DNA of 39,214 bases from an uncultured bacterium. Lineage in GTDB: Bacteria; Patescibacteriota; Minisyncoccia; Phycocordibacterales; UBA9973. The notes below the pieces were generated by a model, which was not told where the DNA came from, did no database searches, and was given only the letters and a program-made list of their open reading frames with translations. Each line of letters opens with the position of its first letter. Position 1 is the stretch's first letter. The position numbers and the translations under genes were made by a program. This document shows positions 1 to 10,381 of this stretch, in pieces. The stretch lies in contig CAITQP010000003.1 of assembly GCA_903894565.1 (NCBI GenBank), positions 1 through 39,214 on the forward strand, in the 5' to 3' direction.

Positions 1-71
1 CAAGGCACCAGCGTAAAATCCTGAAGGATTTTCGCCTCACGCTCGCGCCGCCCTGCTCCGCGAGTGCCTTG
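1..71. repeat. Dispersed structured (palindromic) repeat, copy 1; probably truncated by the window edge
   Basis: Aligns ungapped to 37729-37799 at 56/71 positions. Outer stem CAAGGCAC(1-8)/GTGCCTTG(64-71); inner hairpin AAAATCC-TGAA-GGATTTT. Confidence 0.85.
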
Positions 72-126
72 CAAAGTGCATTTTAAAAATTTTCTCCGAC
101 TTTTTGCCAAAAATACCCTTTGTATG

Positions 127-132
127 TATAAT
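127..132 (+). promoter_or_regulatory. Sigma70-type -10 box (TATAAT) 6 nt upstream of the guaA ATG
   Basis: Consensus hexamer followed by CATTTC-ATG(139); no Shine-Dalgarno. Confidence 0.6.
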
Positions 133-138
133 CATTTC

Positions 139-1665
139 ATGGATACAATTCTCATCTTAGATTTTGGAGGTCAGTCGTGCCATCTTATTTCCCGTCGTTT
201 GCGTGACTTTGGCGTCTACGCCGAAGTGCTTCCATCCGATTATTCTGCCAAGGAAATCATGGCTCGTCCCGAGGTAAAAGGAGTCATCCTTTCAGGGGGT
301 GCTCGTTCAGTCTATGAAAAGAATGCACCAGAATTCGACAAGGCCATCTTCGCTCTTGATATGCCACTTTTTGGTATTTGTTATGGTCACCAGCTTCTCG
401 CAAAACAGCTCGGAGGTACCGTTGAGAATGGTACCGTTGGCGAATATGGACAGCAGACACTCTCAGTCACCAAAAAGACAGGACTCTTTGCTGGCCTCGC
501 TTCAAAGGAAAAAATTTGGATGAACCACAAAGATGTTGTGACCAAGATGCCAGAGGGTTTCACTGTTATCGGCAAGACTTCACATTCAGCTATCGCTGCG
601 TACGCATCAAAGGACAACAAGCGCGTTGGCGTACAGTTCCATCCAGAAGTCAGTCATACTGATCATGGTACAGAAATGCTCAAGAACTTCGCCGTGACTA
701 TTTGTAAAATCAAACCGACATACACATCAGCAAATCTCCTCAAAGAAACAATCAAAGAAGCCAAAGATACAATGGGTAATGAACGCGCCGTCATTGGTCT
801 CTCAGGTGGAGTGGATTCGTCTGTAGCGGCTGCACTTGTCGCGCGCGCTATCGGTGAGAACCTCACTGCCGTATATGTCGATACTGGACTGATGCGTGAG
901 GGAGAGACTGACTATCTCCGCAAAGCATTCGGAGACAAGGGTCTCAAGCTCATCATTGTGGATGCTGCCAAAGAATACTTTAGCGCACTCAAAGGTGTGA
1001 CCGATCCTGAAACCAAGCGCAAGATTATCGGGACACTCTTTGTTCGTATTTTTGAACGCGAAGCAAAGAAGACGAAAGCACAGTGGCTCATTCAAGGTAC
1101 GATTTATTCTGATCGAATCGAGAGTGGACTTACAAAGCATTCGGCGAATATCAAAAGTCATCACAACGTTGGAGGCCTTCCAAAAGATTTGGGGCTCAAA
1201 CTCTACGAGCCGCTTCGCGATCTCTACAAGGACGAAGTTCGTACGCTTGCAAAGACGCTGAAGCTTCCAAAAGAAATCACCGATCGTCAGGTTTTCCCTG
1301 GTCCAGGTCTTGCGATTCGTATCATCGGTGAAGTGACTCCAGAGCGCGCAGCGATTGTACGCAAAGCTGGGGATATCATCGAGAGTGAGCTCATGCACAC
1401 GAAACACTGGAAAGATATTTGGATGAGTTTTGCCGTTTTTCTTCCTGTGCAATCCGTTGGAATTTCAGGTGATGAACGTTCGTACAAGCATCCACTCGTT
1501 CTTCGCATCGTCGAATCACGTGATGCGATGAGCGCAAACTTTGCCAAGCTTCCATACGAAATTCTTGAGACAATCTCTACTCGTCTTACAAACGAAATTA
1601 AAGAAATTAACCGTGTCGTGTACGACATCACAAACAAGCCACCAGCAACAATGGAGTGGGAGTAA
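139..1665 (+). CDS. guaA: GMP synthase (glutamine-hydrolysing)
   Basis: N-terminal ILILDFGGQ, GATase GICYGHQL and GVQFHPEV, PP-loop SGGVDSS, IKSHHNVGGLP, FPGPGLAIR, C-terminal KPPATMEWE. Start moved from 64 to ATG 139. Confidence 0.98.
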   Translation: MDTILILDFGGQSCHLISRRLRDFGVYAEVLPSDYSAKEIMARPEVKGVILSGGARSVYEKNAPEFDKAIFALDMPLFGICYGHQLLAKQLGGTVENGTVGEYGQQTLSVTKKTGLFAGLASKEKIWMNHKDVVTKMPEGFTVIGKTSHSAIAAYASKDNKRVGVQFHPEVSHTDHGTEMLKNFAVTICKIKPTYTSANLLKETIKEAKDTMGNERAVIGLSGGVDSSVAAALVARAIGENLTAVYVDTGLMREGETDYLRKAFGDKGLKLIIVDAAKEYFSALKGVTDPETKRKIIGTLFVRIFEREAKKTKAQWLIQGTIYSDRIESGLTKHSANIKSHHNVGGLPKDLGLKLYEPLRDLYKDEVRTLAKTLKLPKEITDRQVFPGPGLAIRIIGEVTPERAAIVRKAGDIIESELMHTKHWKDIWMSFAVFLPVQSVGISGDERSYKHPLVLRIVESRDAMSANFAKLPYEILETISTRLTNEIKEINRVVYDITNKPPATMEWE

Positions 1666-1674
1666 AAAATAATC

Positions 1675-3525
1675 ATGTTTTCATTTCGAAAGATATTTGG
1701 ATACGTCTGGCCACACATGCGAAAGCATGGGTGGCTTCTTTCGGGTCTATTGTTCATGTTTACACTTCGAATATCGAACGACATCATTCGTCCGCTGTTT
1801 TACAAAAAGATCATTGACACACTTTCTGTTGCTGGTGTTGATCATGGAGCGATCGCGCACCGTTTGTTTGTGCTTGTTGCCATAATCGTTATTTTGAACG
1901 GCTGCGCGGGGCTCCTCGGTCGAATTACGAAATATATGAATATTTCGTTCGAATTGAAAGTCATAGAGCGACTGCGTAATTTTGCATTTGAAAAAATAGA
2001 GAGTCATTCACCAACATTTTTTGCGAATACCTTCGCGGGAAGTTTGGTAACAAAAAGCCGTCGTTTTGTTGGTGCATTCGAAATGATGTTTGATATTTTT
2101 ATCTACAATTTTTGGAATGTACTCGTCGTGATTACGGGAGCATTGATTGTGTTGTTCCAACAATCATTTGTGATTGGAGGTATTTTATTTGGATGGATGA
2201 TTTTGTTCTTGGTGATTGTTACCTTCTTTGTTAAAAAGAAAATTAAATACGATCTCGAGGAAGCACGATATGATTCAAAGATCGGTGGGCGTTTGGCCGA
2301 TGTGTTTGGTAACACAATTGCCGTAAAAACATTTTCGGCTGGAAATCGTGAACGAGTATCGTTTGCGAAACTTGTAGCGCAGACGGCAGAAAAAAGCAGA
2401 ATTGCTTGGCTTTTTGGAAATAAAGTTGATGCTGTTCAGGCTGTCCTCGTCTTTTCTGCACAAGGTATTTTACTTTATACGATGATTCGTTTGTGGCTTG
2501 CAGGAGCAATCTCTACTGGTACTGTTGTATTAACACAGACATATATGGTGATTATTTTTGACCGTATGTGGGACCTCGGGAATTCACTTACGAAATTTAT
2601 GAAATCTGCAGCTGACATGCAGGAGATGGTAGATCTGTTTGAAGTACCGCTTGATATTGCTGATCCAAAAAATCCTGAGGAGCTTCGAATGCATACTGGA
2701 GTTGTTGAGTTCAATCATGTTTCATTTTCATATCCAAACAATCAGTCTGTTTTTTCAGATTTTGAATTACATATTCGTGCCGGTGAACGTATTGGGCTTG
2801 TTGGGCATTCTGGCGCAGGAAAATCAACCATAACAAAATTACTTTTGCGATTTACTGATGTTACAAAAGGCGTCGTTGCTATCGACGGCCAAGATATTCG
2901 AAATGTAACCCAGGACGATTTGCGTAGTGTTGTCTCGTACGTACCGCAAGAACCAGTTCTTTTTCATCGATCACTTCGAGAGAATATTGCGTATGGTAAA
3001 CCGGATGCTGCGCTCGAAGAAATCACAGAAGCAGCTCGTCGCGCACACGCCGATGAATTCATTGCAAACCTGGAACATGGTTACGACACGCTTGTCGGTG
3101 AACGTGGTGTAAAGCTCTCCGGAGGAGAGCGCCAACGTATCGCCATTGCTCGCGCGATTTTGAAAGATGCCCCCGTTCTTGTACTTGATGAAGCAACAAG
3201 TTCTCTTGATTCATATTCAGAAAACCTGATTCAGGAAGCATTCAACGAACTAATGAAAGGAAGAACAACGATCGTAATCGCCCACCGACTCTCTACGATT
3301 CAAAAGATGGATCGCATTATCGTATTGTCAGGTGGTAAGATCGTTGAGGAGGGAACACACAATGAATTGCTCGGTATCGTGGGAGGAGAATATAAACAGA
3401 TGTGGGATTTGCAGGCTGGAGGATTTATCGGAGGCCCTGTCGTGTTAGACGATGAAAATGAAAATCAAGGCGAATTAGATTTTGAAGTTAGGCGAATGAG
3501 CGAAAATAAAAATGAAAATCAATAA
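1675..3525 (+). CDS. ABC exporter, fused TMD-NBD half transporter (ABCB/MsbA-like)
   Basis: About 6 TM segments, then Walker A GHSGAGKS, Q-loop VPQE, signature LSGGERQR, Walker B VLDEATSSLD, H-switch IAHRLST. Confidence 0.95.
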   Translation: MFSFRKIFGYVWPHMRKHGWLLSGLLFMFTLRISNDIIRPLFYKKIIDTLSVAGVDHGAIAHRLFVLVAIIVILNGCAGLLGRITKYMNISFELKVIERLRNFAFEKIESHSPTFFANTFAGSLVTKSRRFVGAFEMMFDIFIYNFWNVLVVITGALIVLFQQSFVIGGILFGWMILFLVIVTFFVKKKIKYDLEEARYDSKIGGRLADVFGNTIAVKTFSAGNRERVSFAKLVAQTAEKSRIAWLFGNKVDAVQAVLVFSAQGILLYTMIRLWLAGAISTGTVVLTQTYMVIIFDRMWDLGNSLTKFMKSAADMQEMVDLFEVPLDIADPKNPEELRMHTGVVEFNHVSFSYPNNQSVFSDFELHIRAGERIGLVGHSGAGKSTITKLLLRFTDVTKGVVAIDGQDIRNVTQDDLRSVVSYVPQEPVLFHRSLRENIAYGKPDAALEEITEAARRAHADEFIANLEHGYDTLVGERGVKLSGGERQRIAIARAILKDAPVLVLDEATSSLDSYSENLIQEAFNELMKGRTTIVIAHRLSTIQKMDRIIVLSGGKIVEEGTHNELLGIVGGEYKQMWDLQAGGFIGGPVVLDDENENQGELDFEVRRMSENKNENQ

Positions 3526-5386
3526 CAATTATGTAGCCGTTACGAACCGTGACGTGATCTCTACCTACTGGCAGAGCCTCAAAAAGCGCGCGTGGTTTTT
3601 CTATGTGTCGATTGTCATGATTATACTCGCGTCGGTAATGGAACTTACGTATCCAATTTTTTACAAAAAATTCTTTGATGTGCTTACGGTGAGTAGCCCG
3701 AATCCTATCACTGCGAATAGTCTCGTACATATCATTTTGATTATTCTCGGAGCTCACATCGTTGCGTGGGTCGGTTGGCGTATTTCGACATTCGCTACGA
3801 TTCGGTATCAGGTAGAAACAATGTCGGATATTAAAACAAATGCTTTTGAATATATTGCGGGTCATTCGCAAACATTTTTTGCGAATACTTTTATTGGTTC
3901 GCTCGTTCAGCGTGTCAGTCGTGCTGCGAAAGCATTTGAAACGATTTTTGATAATTTAAGCTGGAATCTTATCCCACTTATTGTGCAGATCGTGGGGTAC
4001 ACAATCGTGCTGTCGATCGAAAAGCCGTTGTTTGCCGTACTGATCGTATCATGGGGAGTGCTATTTATCGCATTCAACTTTTTCTTTGCACGATATAAGA
4101 TGAAGTATGATGTTAAGAAGTCAGAAGCGGATTCACGTACGACGGGAGCGCTCGCGGATGCACTGACAAATCATACGACAATCAATCTTTTTACTGGATA
4201 TGATTTTGAAAATAGTCGGTTCGTTGCGATCTCAAATGATCAGGCAAAAATTACTTCTACCTCATGGAATCTTGGTTGGATCGTCGAGGCCATTCAATCG
4301 GCATTCATCATGGCGATTGAATTTTTGGTATTTTATTTTGGGATCAAATTGTGGAGAGATGGACAGATGTCGATGGGTACGTTTGTGCTCATTCAGGTCT
4401 ACGTCATTTCGCTCTCTGGTTCGCTCTGGAATTTTGGTAAAGTCATTCGTGGATTTTATGAAGCGTTTGCGGATGGAGTGGAGCTTGTTCAAATCTTGAA
4501 AACGCCACACGACATCGACGATGCGCCACAAGCAGGAACACTCACTATCGAAAATGGTTCAGTTGAATTCCGCGATGTTTGTTTTGAGTACGGTAATGGA
4601 CGCATGGTGCTTGATCACCTGAATATTCGAGTGAAGGCAGGAGAGCGCGTAGCGCTCGTGGGTTCAAGTGGTGCAGGCAAGACGACAGTGATGTCACTTT
4701 TGCTTCGATTCCACGATGTGACGAGTGGAGCTGTCTTGATTGACGGTGTTGATATTCGGACTGTTACACAAACAAGTTTACATCATGCGATTGCCATGGT
4801 TCCTCAGGACACCGTCCTTTTTCACCGAACACTTCGTGAGAATATTCGCTACGGCCGAATTGGCGCGAACGACGAAGAAGTTGAACGTGCAGCACATCTT
4901 GCGCATTGTACTGAATTTATCGGCCGACTTCCGCTCGGCTATGATACCTATGTTGGAGAACGTGGCGTGAAGCTTTCTGGTGGAGAGCGTCAGCGTGTCG
5001 CCATTGCTCGCGCAATTTTGAAACACGCGCCACTGCTTGTCCTTGATGAGGCTACGAGTTCACTTGATTCAGAATCTGAAGCACTTATTCAAGATGCGCT
5101 CGGCAAAGTCATGGAAGGACGCACGACTATCGTGATTGCACATCGTCTTTCAACGATTCGAAAAATGGATCGCATCATTGTGCTTGATAGCGGGCGAGTT
5201 GCCGAAGAGGGAACACACGATGAACTGATTCAAAATCCAAACAGTCATTATAAAAAACTCTGGGATTTGCAGGCGGGAGGATTTATGGGTGGTACGATAC
5301 GCAAAAATGAGCAAGAAGAGGAGGAGAAAATAGGGAATCTTGACGACGAAGAAGATGATGATGTAATCAAGCATCCTACTGTTTAA
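3512..5386 (+). CDS. ABC exporter, fused TMD-NBD half transporter (paralog of the upstream gene)
   Basis: GSSGAGKT, VPQD, LSGGERQR, VLDEATSSLD, IAHRLST. Overlaps the upstream gene by 14 nt; acidic C-terminal tail. Confidence 0.95.
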   Translation: MKINNNYVAVTNRDVISTYWQSLKKRAWFFYVSIVMIILASVMELTYPIFYKKFFDVLTVSSPNPITANSLVHIILIILGAHIVAWVGWRISTFATIRYQVETMSDIKTNAFEYIAGHSQTFFANTFIGSLVQRVSRAAKAFETIFDNLSWNLIPLIVQIVGYTIVLSIEKPLFAVLIVSWGVLFIAFNFFFARYKMKYDVKKSEADSRTTGALADALTNHTTINLFTGYDFENSRFVAISNDQAKITSTSWNLGWIVEAIQSAFIMAIEFLVFYFGIKLWRDGQMSMGTFVLIQVYVISLSGSLWNFGKVIRGFYEAFADGVELVQILKTPHDIDDAPQAGTLTIENGSVEFRDVCFEYGNGRMVLDHLNIRVKAGERVALVGSSGAGKTTVMSLLLRFHDVTSGAVLIDGVDIRTVTQTSLHHAIAMVPQDTVLFHRTLRENIRYGRIGANDEEVERAAHLAHCTEFIGRLPLGYDTYVGERGVKLSGGERQRVAIARAILKHAPLLVLDEATSSLDSESEALIQDALGKVMEGRTTIVIAHRLSTIRKMDRIIVLDSGRVAEEGTHDELIQNPNSHYKKLWDLQAGGFMGGTIRKNEQEEEEKIGNLDDEEDDDVIKHPTV

Positions 5387-5435
5387 AAGAGCCATTTTCG
5401 TATATACTAGCAGGCATTACTAACTCACATTTTAT

Positions 5436-6659
5436 ATGACTAATCCATTCGAAAACGCATTGATGCAGTTGAAGCGTGCCACAGACGTACAGGCCTTCCC
5501 AGAGGGCTTTATGAAGCAGATTTCAGTACCGAACCGTGAGGTTCGCATTTCTATTCCTGTTGTGATGGACGATGGCAGTACTCAGGTCTTTGAAGGGTAC
5601 CGCGTTGAGCACAACAATGCTCGCGGACCATACAAAGGCGGAATTCGTTACCACCATGACACTGATATTTATGAAGTGAAGGCGCTCGCTTTCTGGATGG
5701 CACTCAAATGTGCTGTCGCAAATATCCCGATGGGCGGTGGAAAAGGTGGAATCACTGTTGATCCAAAGAAACTCTCAAAGACTGAACTTGAAAAACTCTC
5801 ACGCGGATGGGCACGCGGAATGGCTGATATTCTTGGACCAAAGAAAGACGTCCCAGCTCCAGACGTAAATACGACTCCAGAAATCATGTCATGGATGAAT
5901 GATGAATTCATGAAAATCTCTGGTGATACAACTGGGGCAACATTTACTGGAAAGCCCCTCGACAAGGGAGGTTCAGAAGGTCGCGGTGCGGCTACTGGTC
6001 TCGGCGGATGGTATGTCTTTAGCGCGCTTCGTGAGAAATATAATGTTCAGCCAGGATCAACTGTCGTTATTCAAGGATTTGGAAACGTTGGAGGTCACGC
6101 TGCAAGTATTTTCTCTTCGAACGGATACAAAGTCATCGCAACATCTGACTCAAAGGGAGGTATCGTCAAAGAAGATGGTATCGATGTAAAGGCGCTTGAG
6201 GATTGGAAGAAGCAGAATGGAACACTCGCAGGATTCCCAGGATCACGCGTTGTTACAAACGCAGAACTCCTCGAACTTCCATGTGATATTTTGATTCCAA
6301 GTGCGCTTGAAAATCAGATCACTTTTGATAACGCGCCAAAGATCAAGGCCAAGTTTATTCTTGAACTTGCAAACGGACCAATCACCCCAGAAGCGGATGA
6401 GATCCTCTTTGATCGCGGAATTCCAGTTATTCCAGATATTCTTGCAAACTCAGGTGGTGTAACTGTTTCAACATTTGAATGGGAACAGAACATAAAGGGT
6501 GAGCATTGGACAGAAGTTGATGTGAACGCAAAATTGCTTGAAATTCTCAATCGTGAGTCAATCACTATTTATGAGAAATCACTTTCAGCAAAGACTGATA
6601 TGCGCCGTGCAGCCTTCATCGTTGCGCTTGAGCGCATCGCGAAGGAGATGGGGTACTAA
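5436..6659 (+). CDS. gdhA: Glu/Leu/Phe/Val dehydrogenase (glutamate dehydrogenase)
   Basis: RGPYKGGIRY, GGGKGG, DVPAPDVNT, FTGKP, GGSEGR, IQGFGNVG, ELANGP, PDILANSGGVTVS motifs. Confidence 0.95.
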   Translation: MTNPFENALMQLKRATDVQAFPEGFMKQISVPNREVRISIPVVMDDGSTQVFEGYRVEHNNARGPYKGGIRYHHDTDIYEVKALAFWMALKCAVANIPMGGGKGGITVDPKKLSKTELEKLSRGWARGMADILGPKKDVPAPDVNTTPEIMSWMNDEFMKISGDTTGATFTGKPLDKGGSEGRGAATGLGGWYVFSALREKYNVQPGSTVVIQGFGNVGGHAASIFSSNGYKVIATSDSKGGIVKEDGIDVKALEDWKKQNGTLAGFPGSRVVTNAELLELPCDILIPSALENQITFDNAPKIKAKFILELANGPITPEADEILFDRGIPVIPDILANSGGVTVSTFEWEQNIKGEHWTEVDVNAKLLEILNRESITIYEKSLSAKTDMRRAAFIVALERIAKEMGY

Positions 6660-6672
6660 TACGAAATGTGAG

Positions 6673-6710
6673 AAAATGCGCGGTCGCCCTTCGGGCGACC
6701 GCGCATTTTT
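6673..6710 (+). terminator. Intrinsic terminator after gdhA
   Basis: Perfect inverted repeat AAAATGCGCGGTCGCCC-TTC-GGGCGACCGCGCATTTT ending in a T-tract. Confidence 0.9.
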
Positions 6711-6765
6711 CATACCCACCCACTTACTTTCCCGATTTGAAAGCAAGGCGTATACTACATATACT

Positions 6766-7185
6766 ATGGAAAACCTACCAAAAGCATCCAAATGGCAGAT
6801 TATTAATCGTCATTATTACGGCAACGTAGTGCGAGGTATCTTTGTCCTTGTTGGACTCATGATGCTCGCTACGTTCCCATTCTTTAATGATCTCGTTCCT
6901 GTGCCGCTCTGGCTCTCAATTGGTATCATTGCTATGCTTGCCGTGTTTGGCGGGTTGCTCAATCCTGCACAGCGCTGGATACTCGTGGTGAATACTATTT
7001 TGCCGGTTGTCGGACTTATTGTTTTTCAGTACGAGGCTGCGTATGCATACGCACATATTCCTGTAACTGAGACACGTCGTGTTGCATTCTTTTGGGCCAA
7101 TGAGATCGTGTCGCTTTTGTTCTTCATCGCTACATATCTTGCCGTCAAAACTGCTCGTGGCCGTTTTGTCGAGGAGGTAGAATAG
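6766..7185 (+). CDS. Hypothetical membrane protein (~4 TM, 139 aa)
   Basis: Hydrophobic helices. Start taken as ATG 6766 (MENLPK), 9 nt after TATACT 6751-6756; the track's longer start overlaps gdhA and its terminator. Confidence 0.75.
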   Translation: MENLPKASKWQIINRHYYGNVVRGIFVLVGLMMLATFPFFNDLVPVPLWLSIGIIAMLAVFGGLLNPAQRWILVVNTILPVVGLIVFQYEAAYAYAHIPVTETRRVAFFWANEIVSLLFFIATYLAVKTARGRFVEEVE

Positions 7186-7211
7186 TCCTGCGTATGGTAT
7201 TCTGTTAAGGT

Positions 7212-8705
7212 ATGGCACGAGCCAATAAGATTCAGATAATCAAATACGCTCCGCCTCCACTCGAGCTTCCAGTCTTTGGGAAAGTTGATGCATCTGAAGT
7301 ATCCTTTATCGGACGCACAAACTATGTCGCGTCACTTGAAGAAAAGAAATTCCTTTTTGGCATCAAGCGTGCCGATCGTCGTCGCCATCTCTATATCATC
7401 GGAAAATCTGGGGTTGGAAAATCCAAACTCCAAGAGCTTTTTGTTCGCCAGGATATCGCGTATGGTCATGGTGTATGCGTGATCGATCCGCACGGAGAAT
7501 TCATTGATGACATTCTCGTTTCTATTCCAGAGAATCGTGTTGAAGATGTTTGTATTATTGACCCTTCAGATGTTGATTTTCCTGCATCGTTCAATCCGCT
7601 ACAGAACGTTGATCCAACATTCAAACACCAACTGACACAAGGACTGATTGAAGTGCTTGAAAAGCAATTCGGTGCCAACTGGACTCCGCGTCTCGAGCAC
7701 GTCTTTCGTTTTACGACGCTCGCGCTCCTCGATTATCCGCACGCTACGATGCGTGGAATGATTTCAATGCTTACGGATCGTAACTATCGTCAAAAGGTAG
7801 TTGAATACATTGAAGACGACATGGTGAAGCGCTTCTGGGCAATCGAATTTGCCGACTGGTCTGAGAAATTCGACACTGACGCGATCATTCCGCTCGTCAA
7901 CAAACTTGGACAATTTTTGTCTGACCCAATGCTCCGCAATATCTTCGGTCAAAAAACAAACAAGATCAATTTGGAAGAAATGATGAATACGCAAAAGATT
8001 TTGCTTATCAATCTTTCAAAAGGAAAAATTGGAGAAGAGAACTCATCATTCTTCGGTGCCATGTTCTTGACCAAGATCAAACAAGCCGGAATGGCTCGTG
8101 CGAAGATCGATGCGAAAGATCGTAAAGACTTCTATCTCTACGTGGATGAGTTCCAAAACGTCGTGACTGATACATTTGAAAACTTGCTGTCAGAGGCTCG
8201 TAAATATGCGATCAATCTCACTATGGCGCACCAATATGTCGGACAAATCCCTGAAAAGGTTGAAGCCGCTGTGCTCGGAAACGTCGGATCGATCATTTCA
8301 TTCCGCGTGGGTGGTGATGATGCTGTGAAGCTCAAGCCTGAGTTCGCGCCGATTTTCGATGTCAAAGACATGATCAACCTCGGAGTTGGTGAATTCTATA
8401 TCAAGATGACGATTGATGGCGAGTCGTACGATCCGTTTTCTGCCGAAACACTCAAAGTACTTCCACCACCATACCCATCGAACAAAGAGCGAATCATTGC
8501 GTCATCGCGACGCAAGTTTGCGATTACGGCAGAAGATGCAAAACGTCTGATCGCCGAAGAAGAATCAACGATCATTCGTAGTGCTCAAGAAAAGGCCGCT
8601 ATCATGCGTAAGGGTGTGAATGAAGGCGGAAGTACGGGTGCGAGCGGAGCGAGCGCCCCACAAGCTTCCGCAAAAGCTGAAGAAATCGCCGAACCATTAA
8701 TTTAA
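7212..8705 (+). CDS. TraD/VirD4/TrwB-like (FtsK-HerA superfamily) P-loop ATPase, short soluble form
   Basis: DRRRHLYIIGKSGVGKS (Walker A), VIDPHGE, LLINLSKGKIGEEN, YLYVDEFQN (Walker B), LSEARKY, AHQY, GNVGSIISFRVG; no TM segment. Confidence 0.9.
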   Translation: MARANKIQIIKYAPPPLELPVFGKVDASEVSFIGRTNYVASLEEKKFLFGIKRADRRRHLYIIGKSGVGKSKLQELFVRQDIAYGHGVCVIDPHGEFIDDILVSIPENRVEDVCIIDPSDVDFPASFNPLQNVDPTFKHQLTQGLIEVLEKQFGANWTPRLEHVFRFTTLALLDYPHATMRGMISMLTDRNYRQKVVEYIEDDMVKRFWAIEFADWSEKFDTDAIIPLVNKLGQFLSDPMLRNIFGQKTNKINLEEMMNTQKILLINLSKGKIGEENSSFFGAMFLTKIKQAGMARAKIDAKDRKDFYLYVDEFQNVVTDTFENLLSEARKYAINLTMAHQYVGQIPEKVEAAVLGNVGSIISFRVGGDDAVKLKPEFAPIFDVKDMINLGVGEFYIKMTIDGESYDPFSAETLKVLPPPYPSNKERIIASSRRKFAITAEDAKRLIAEEESTIIRSAQEKAAIMRKGVNEGGSTGASGASAPQASAKAEEIAEPLI

Positions 8706-8718
8706 TTAATTCAATCGA

Positions 8719-10374
8719 ATGGATACACAAGAAAAGACATGCGAGTACTGTGGTAATAATTTTGTCTTGAGTAGTGACGAGCTTGTAATGTATGGCAAGG
8801 TGCAAGTCGAGATTCCAACCACGTGCAACACGTGTCGTTGGGCACAGCAATTCGCATTTTGGCCATTCGGTAAATTTCGAAAGGGAACATCTGCGCTCTC
8901 AGGACAAAGTTTGATTACGATGCTGCCTTCGAGTGTACGCTATCCAATTTATACGGCAAAAGAATGGTGGAGTGACGCGTGGGATCCCATGGAGTTTGGT
9001 CAAGACTATGATCCAACTCGTTCTTTCTTTGACCAATTGAAAGAAGTACAAGAAAAAGTTCCACGTCCGCATCAGCAGGGGACGAATAGTACTGGGTGCG
9101 ATTGGTGCGACGATATTTGGGATTCCAAAAATTGTTATCTTTCGCGATCATGTGCTCGCGCAGAAAACGTATCATATGGATATCGTGGTTTCGACGTGAA
9201 GGATTCTATCGATATTTCACATGCATTTTCGCTTGATAATTGTTACGAGTGTACCTATTCGTTCAATTGTTTTGAACTGAATTTTTCGCGCAATTGTCGC
9301 GACTGTATGAACAGCCGTTTTTTGTATGATTGTCGCAACTGTAGTAATTGTACAATGTGTTGGAATCTCCGTGGCAAGCAATATTGCATAGAAAATGTGC
9401 AATATTCAAAAGAAGACTATTTTGAAAAGGTGAAGGAGTACGACATGAGTTCGTACCAAAATCTAGAACTGCTCCAAAAACGATATTCTGATATTCTAAA
9501 AACAGAAACAATTCATCGTGAAAATTTTAATATCAATACCTACACCTCTACAGGCACATATCTCGCTGATTGTAACAACTGTAAGAACGTATTTGGGTGG
9601 GAAGAATCTGAAAACTGTATCAACTGTCTGCGTGGACGCGAGGCAAAAGATAGTATCGATTTACTTGGCACATGGAAAGTAGAACTCTGTGGCAATGACA
9701 GTTGTTGTACTGGAGGATATGAACTCCGATATTCATCGTGGTCAGAAGGAAGATATTCTGAATACTTGGATGAATGTATTGAAGTGGAAAATTGTTTTGG
9801 ATGTGTTGGCTTACGCAAGAAAAACTATTGTATTCTCAACCGCCAATATACAAAAGAAGAGTACGAAGCACTGAAAGAAAAAATCATTGCAGATATGCGC
9901 GAGCGCGGAGAATATGGACGTTTCCTCCCGTATTCTATGGGGCTCTGCTCATATGACCTCACTACAGCTGCGATATACATGCCCGAGATCACCAAGGAAT
10001 ACGTACTTGCTCGTGGAGGGCATTGGGATGATCAGTCAGAAGATGCTGTCGAAGGACTAGCGACAAGCGAACTTCCTGACTCGATTGCCGAAGTCGATGC
10101 GACAATATCAAAGCAAGCACTTGTGTGTCCTGTCACAGGGTGGCGGTTTAATATTTCACCTGACGAATTCCAATTTTTGTCACGAAAAGGAATTGCCCTT
10201 CCGCGAGTCCACTTCGACGTTCGAACCAAAAACCGCATGCGATCGCTTGCGACACTTCATGGAGAGCACTACTCATGTGTTTATTGTGCAAAGGATTGTA
10301 TTGGATATTATCCAAAAGAGTGGGGCTACACGAATATTGCGTGTGAAGAGTGCTACAAACAAAATATAAATTAG
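8719..10374 (+). CDS. Cys-rich zinc-ribbon/solenoid hypothetical protein (paralog 1)
   Basis: N-terminal CEYC...CNTCR ribbon, WWSDAWDP, central Cys repeats (NCYEC, NCRDC, DCRNCSNCTMC, NCFGCVGLR-KNYCILN), C-terminal CVYC...CEECY. Confidence 0.85.
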   Translation: MDTQEKTCEYCGNNFVLSSDELVMYGKVQVEIPTTCNTCRWAQQFAFWPFGKFRKGTSALSGQSLITMLPSSVRYPIYTAKEWWSDAWDPMEFGQDYDPTRSFFDQLKEVQEKVPRPHQQGTNSTGCDWCDDIWDSKNCYLSRSCARAENVSYGYRGFDVKDSIDISHAFSLDNCYECTYSFNCFELNFSRNCRDCMNSRFLYDCRNCSNCTMCWNLRGKQYCIENVQYSKEDYFEKVKEYDMSSYQNLELLQKRYSDILKTETIHRENFNINTYTSTGTYLADCNNCKNVFGWEESENCINCLRGREAKDSIDLLGTWKVELCGNDSCCTGGYELRYSSWSEGRYSEYLDECIEVENCFGCVGLRKKNYCILNRQYTKEEYEALKEKIIADMRERGEYGRFLPYSMGLCSYDLTTAAIYMPEITKEYVLARGGHWDDQSEDAVEGLATSELPDSIAEVDATISKQALVCPVTGWRFNISPDEFQFLSRKGIALPRVHFDVRTKNRMRSLATLHGEHYSCVYCAKDCIGYYPKEWGYTNIACEECYKQNIN

Positions 10375-10381
10375 TTTTTGT

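Noticed and set aside
1-138. Purine/guanine riboswitch upstream of guaA, or the 25-aa N-terminal extension from GTG 64
   Set aside because: No purine aptamer consensus is visible. The structure recurs after lepA, and a -10 box lies downstream of it, directly before ATG 139.
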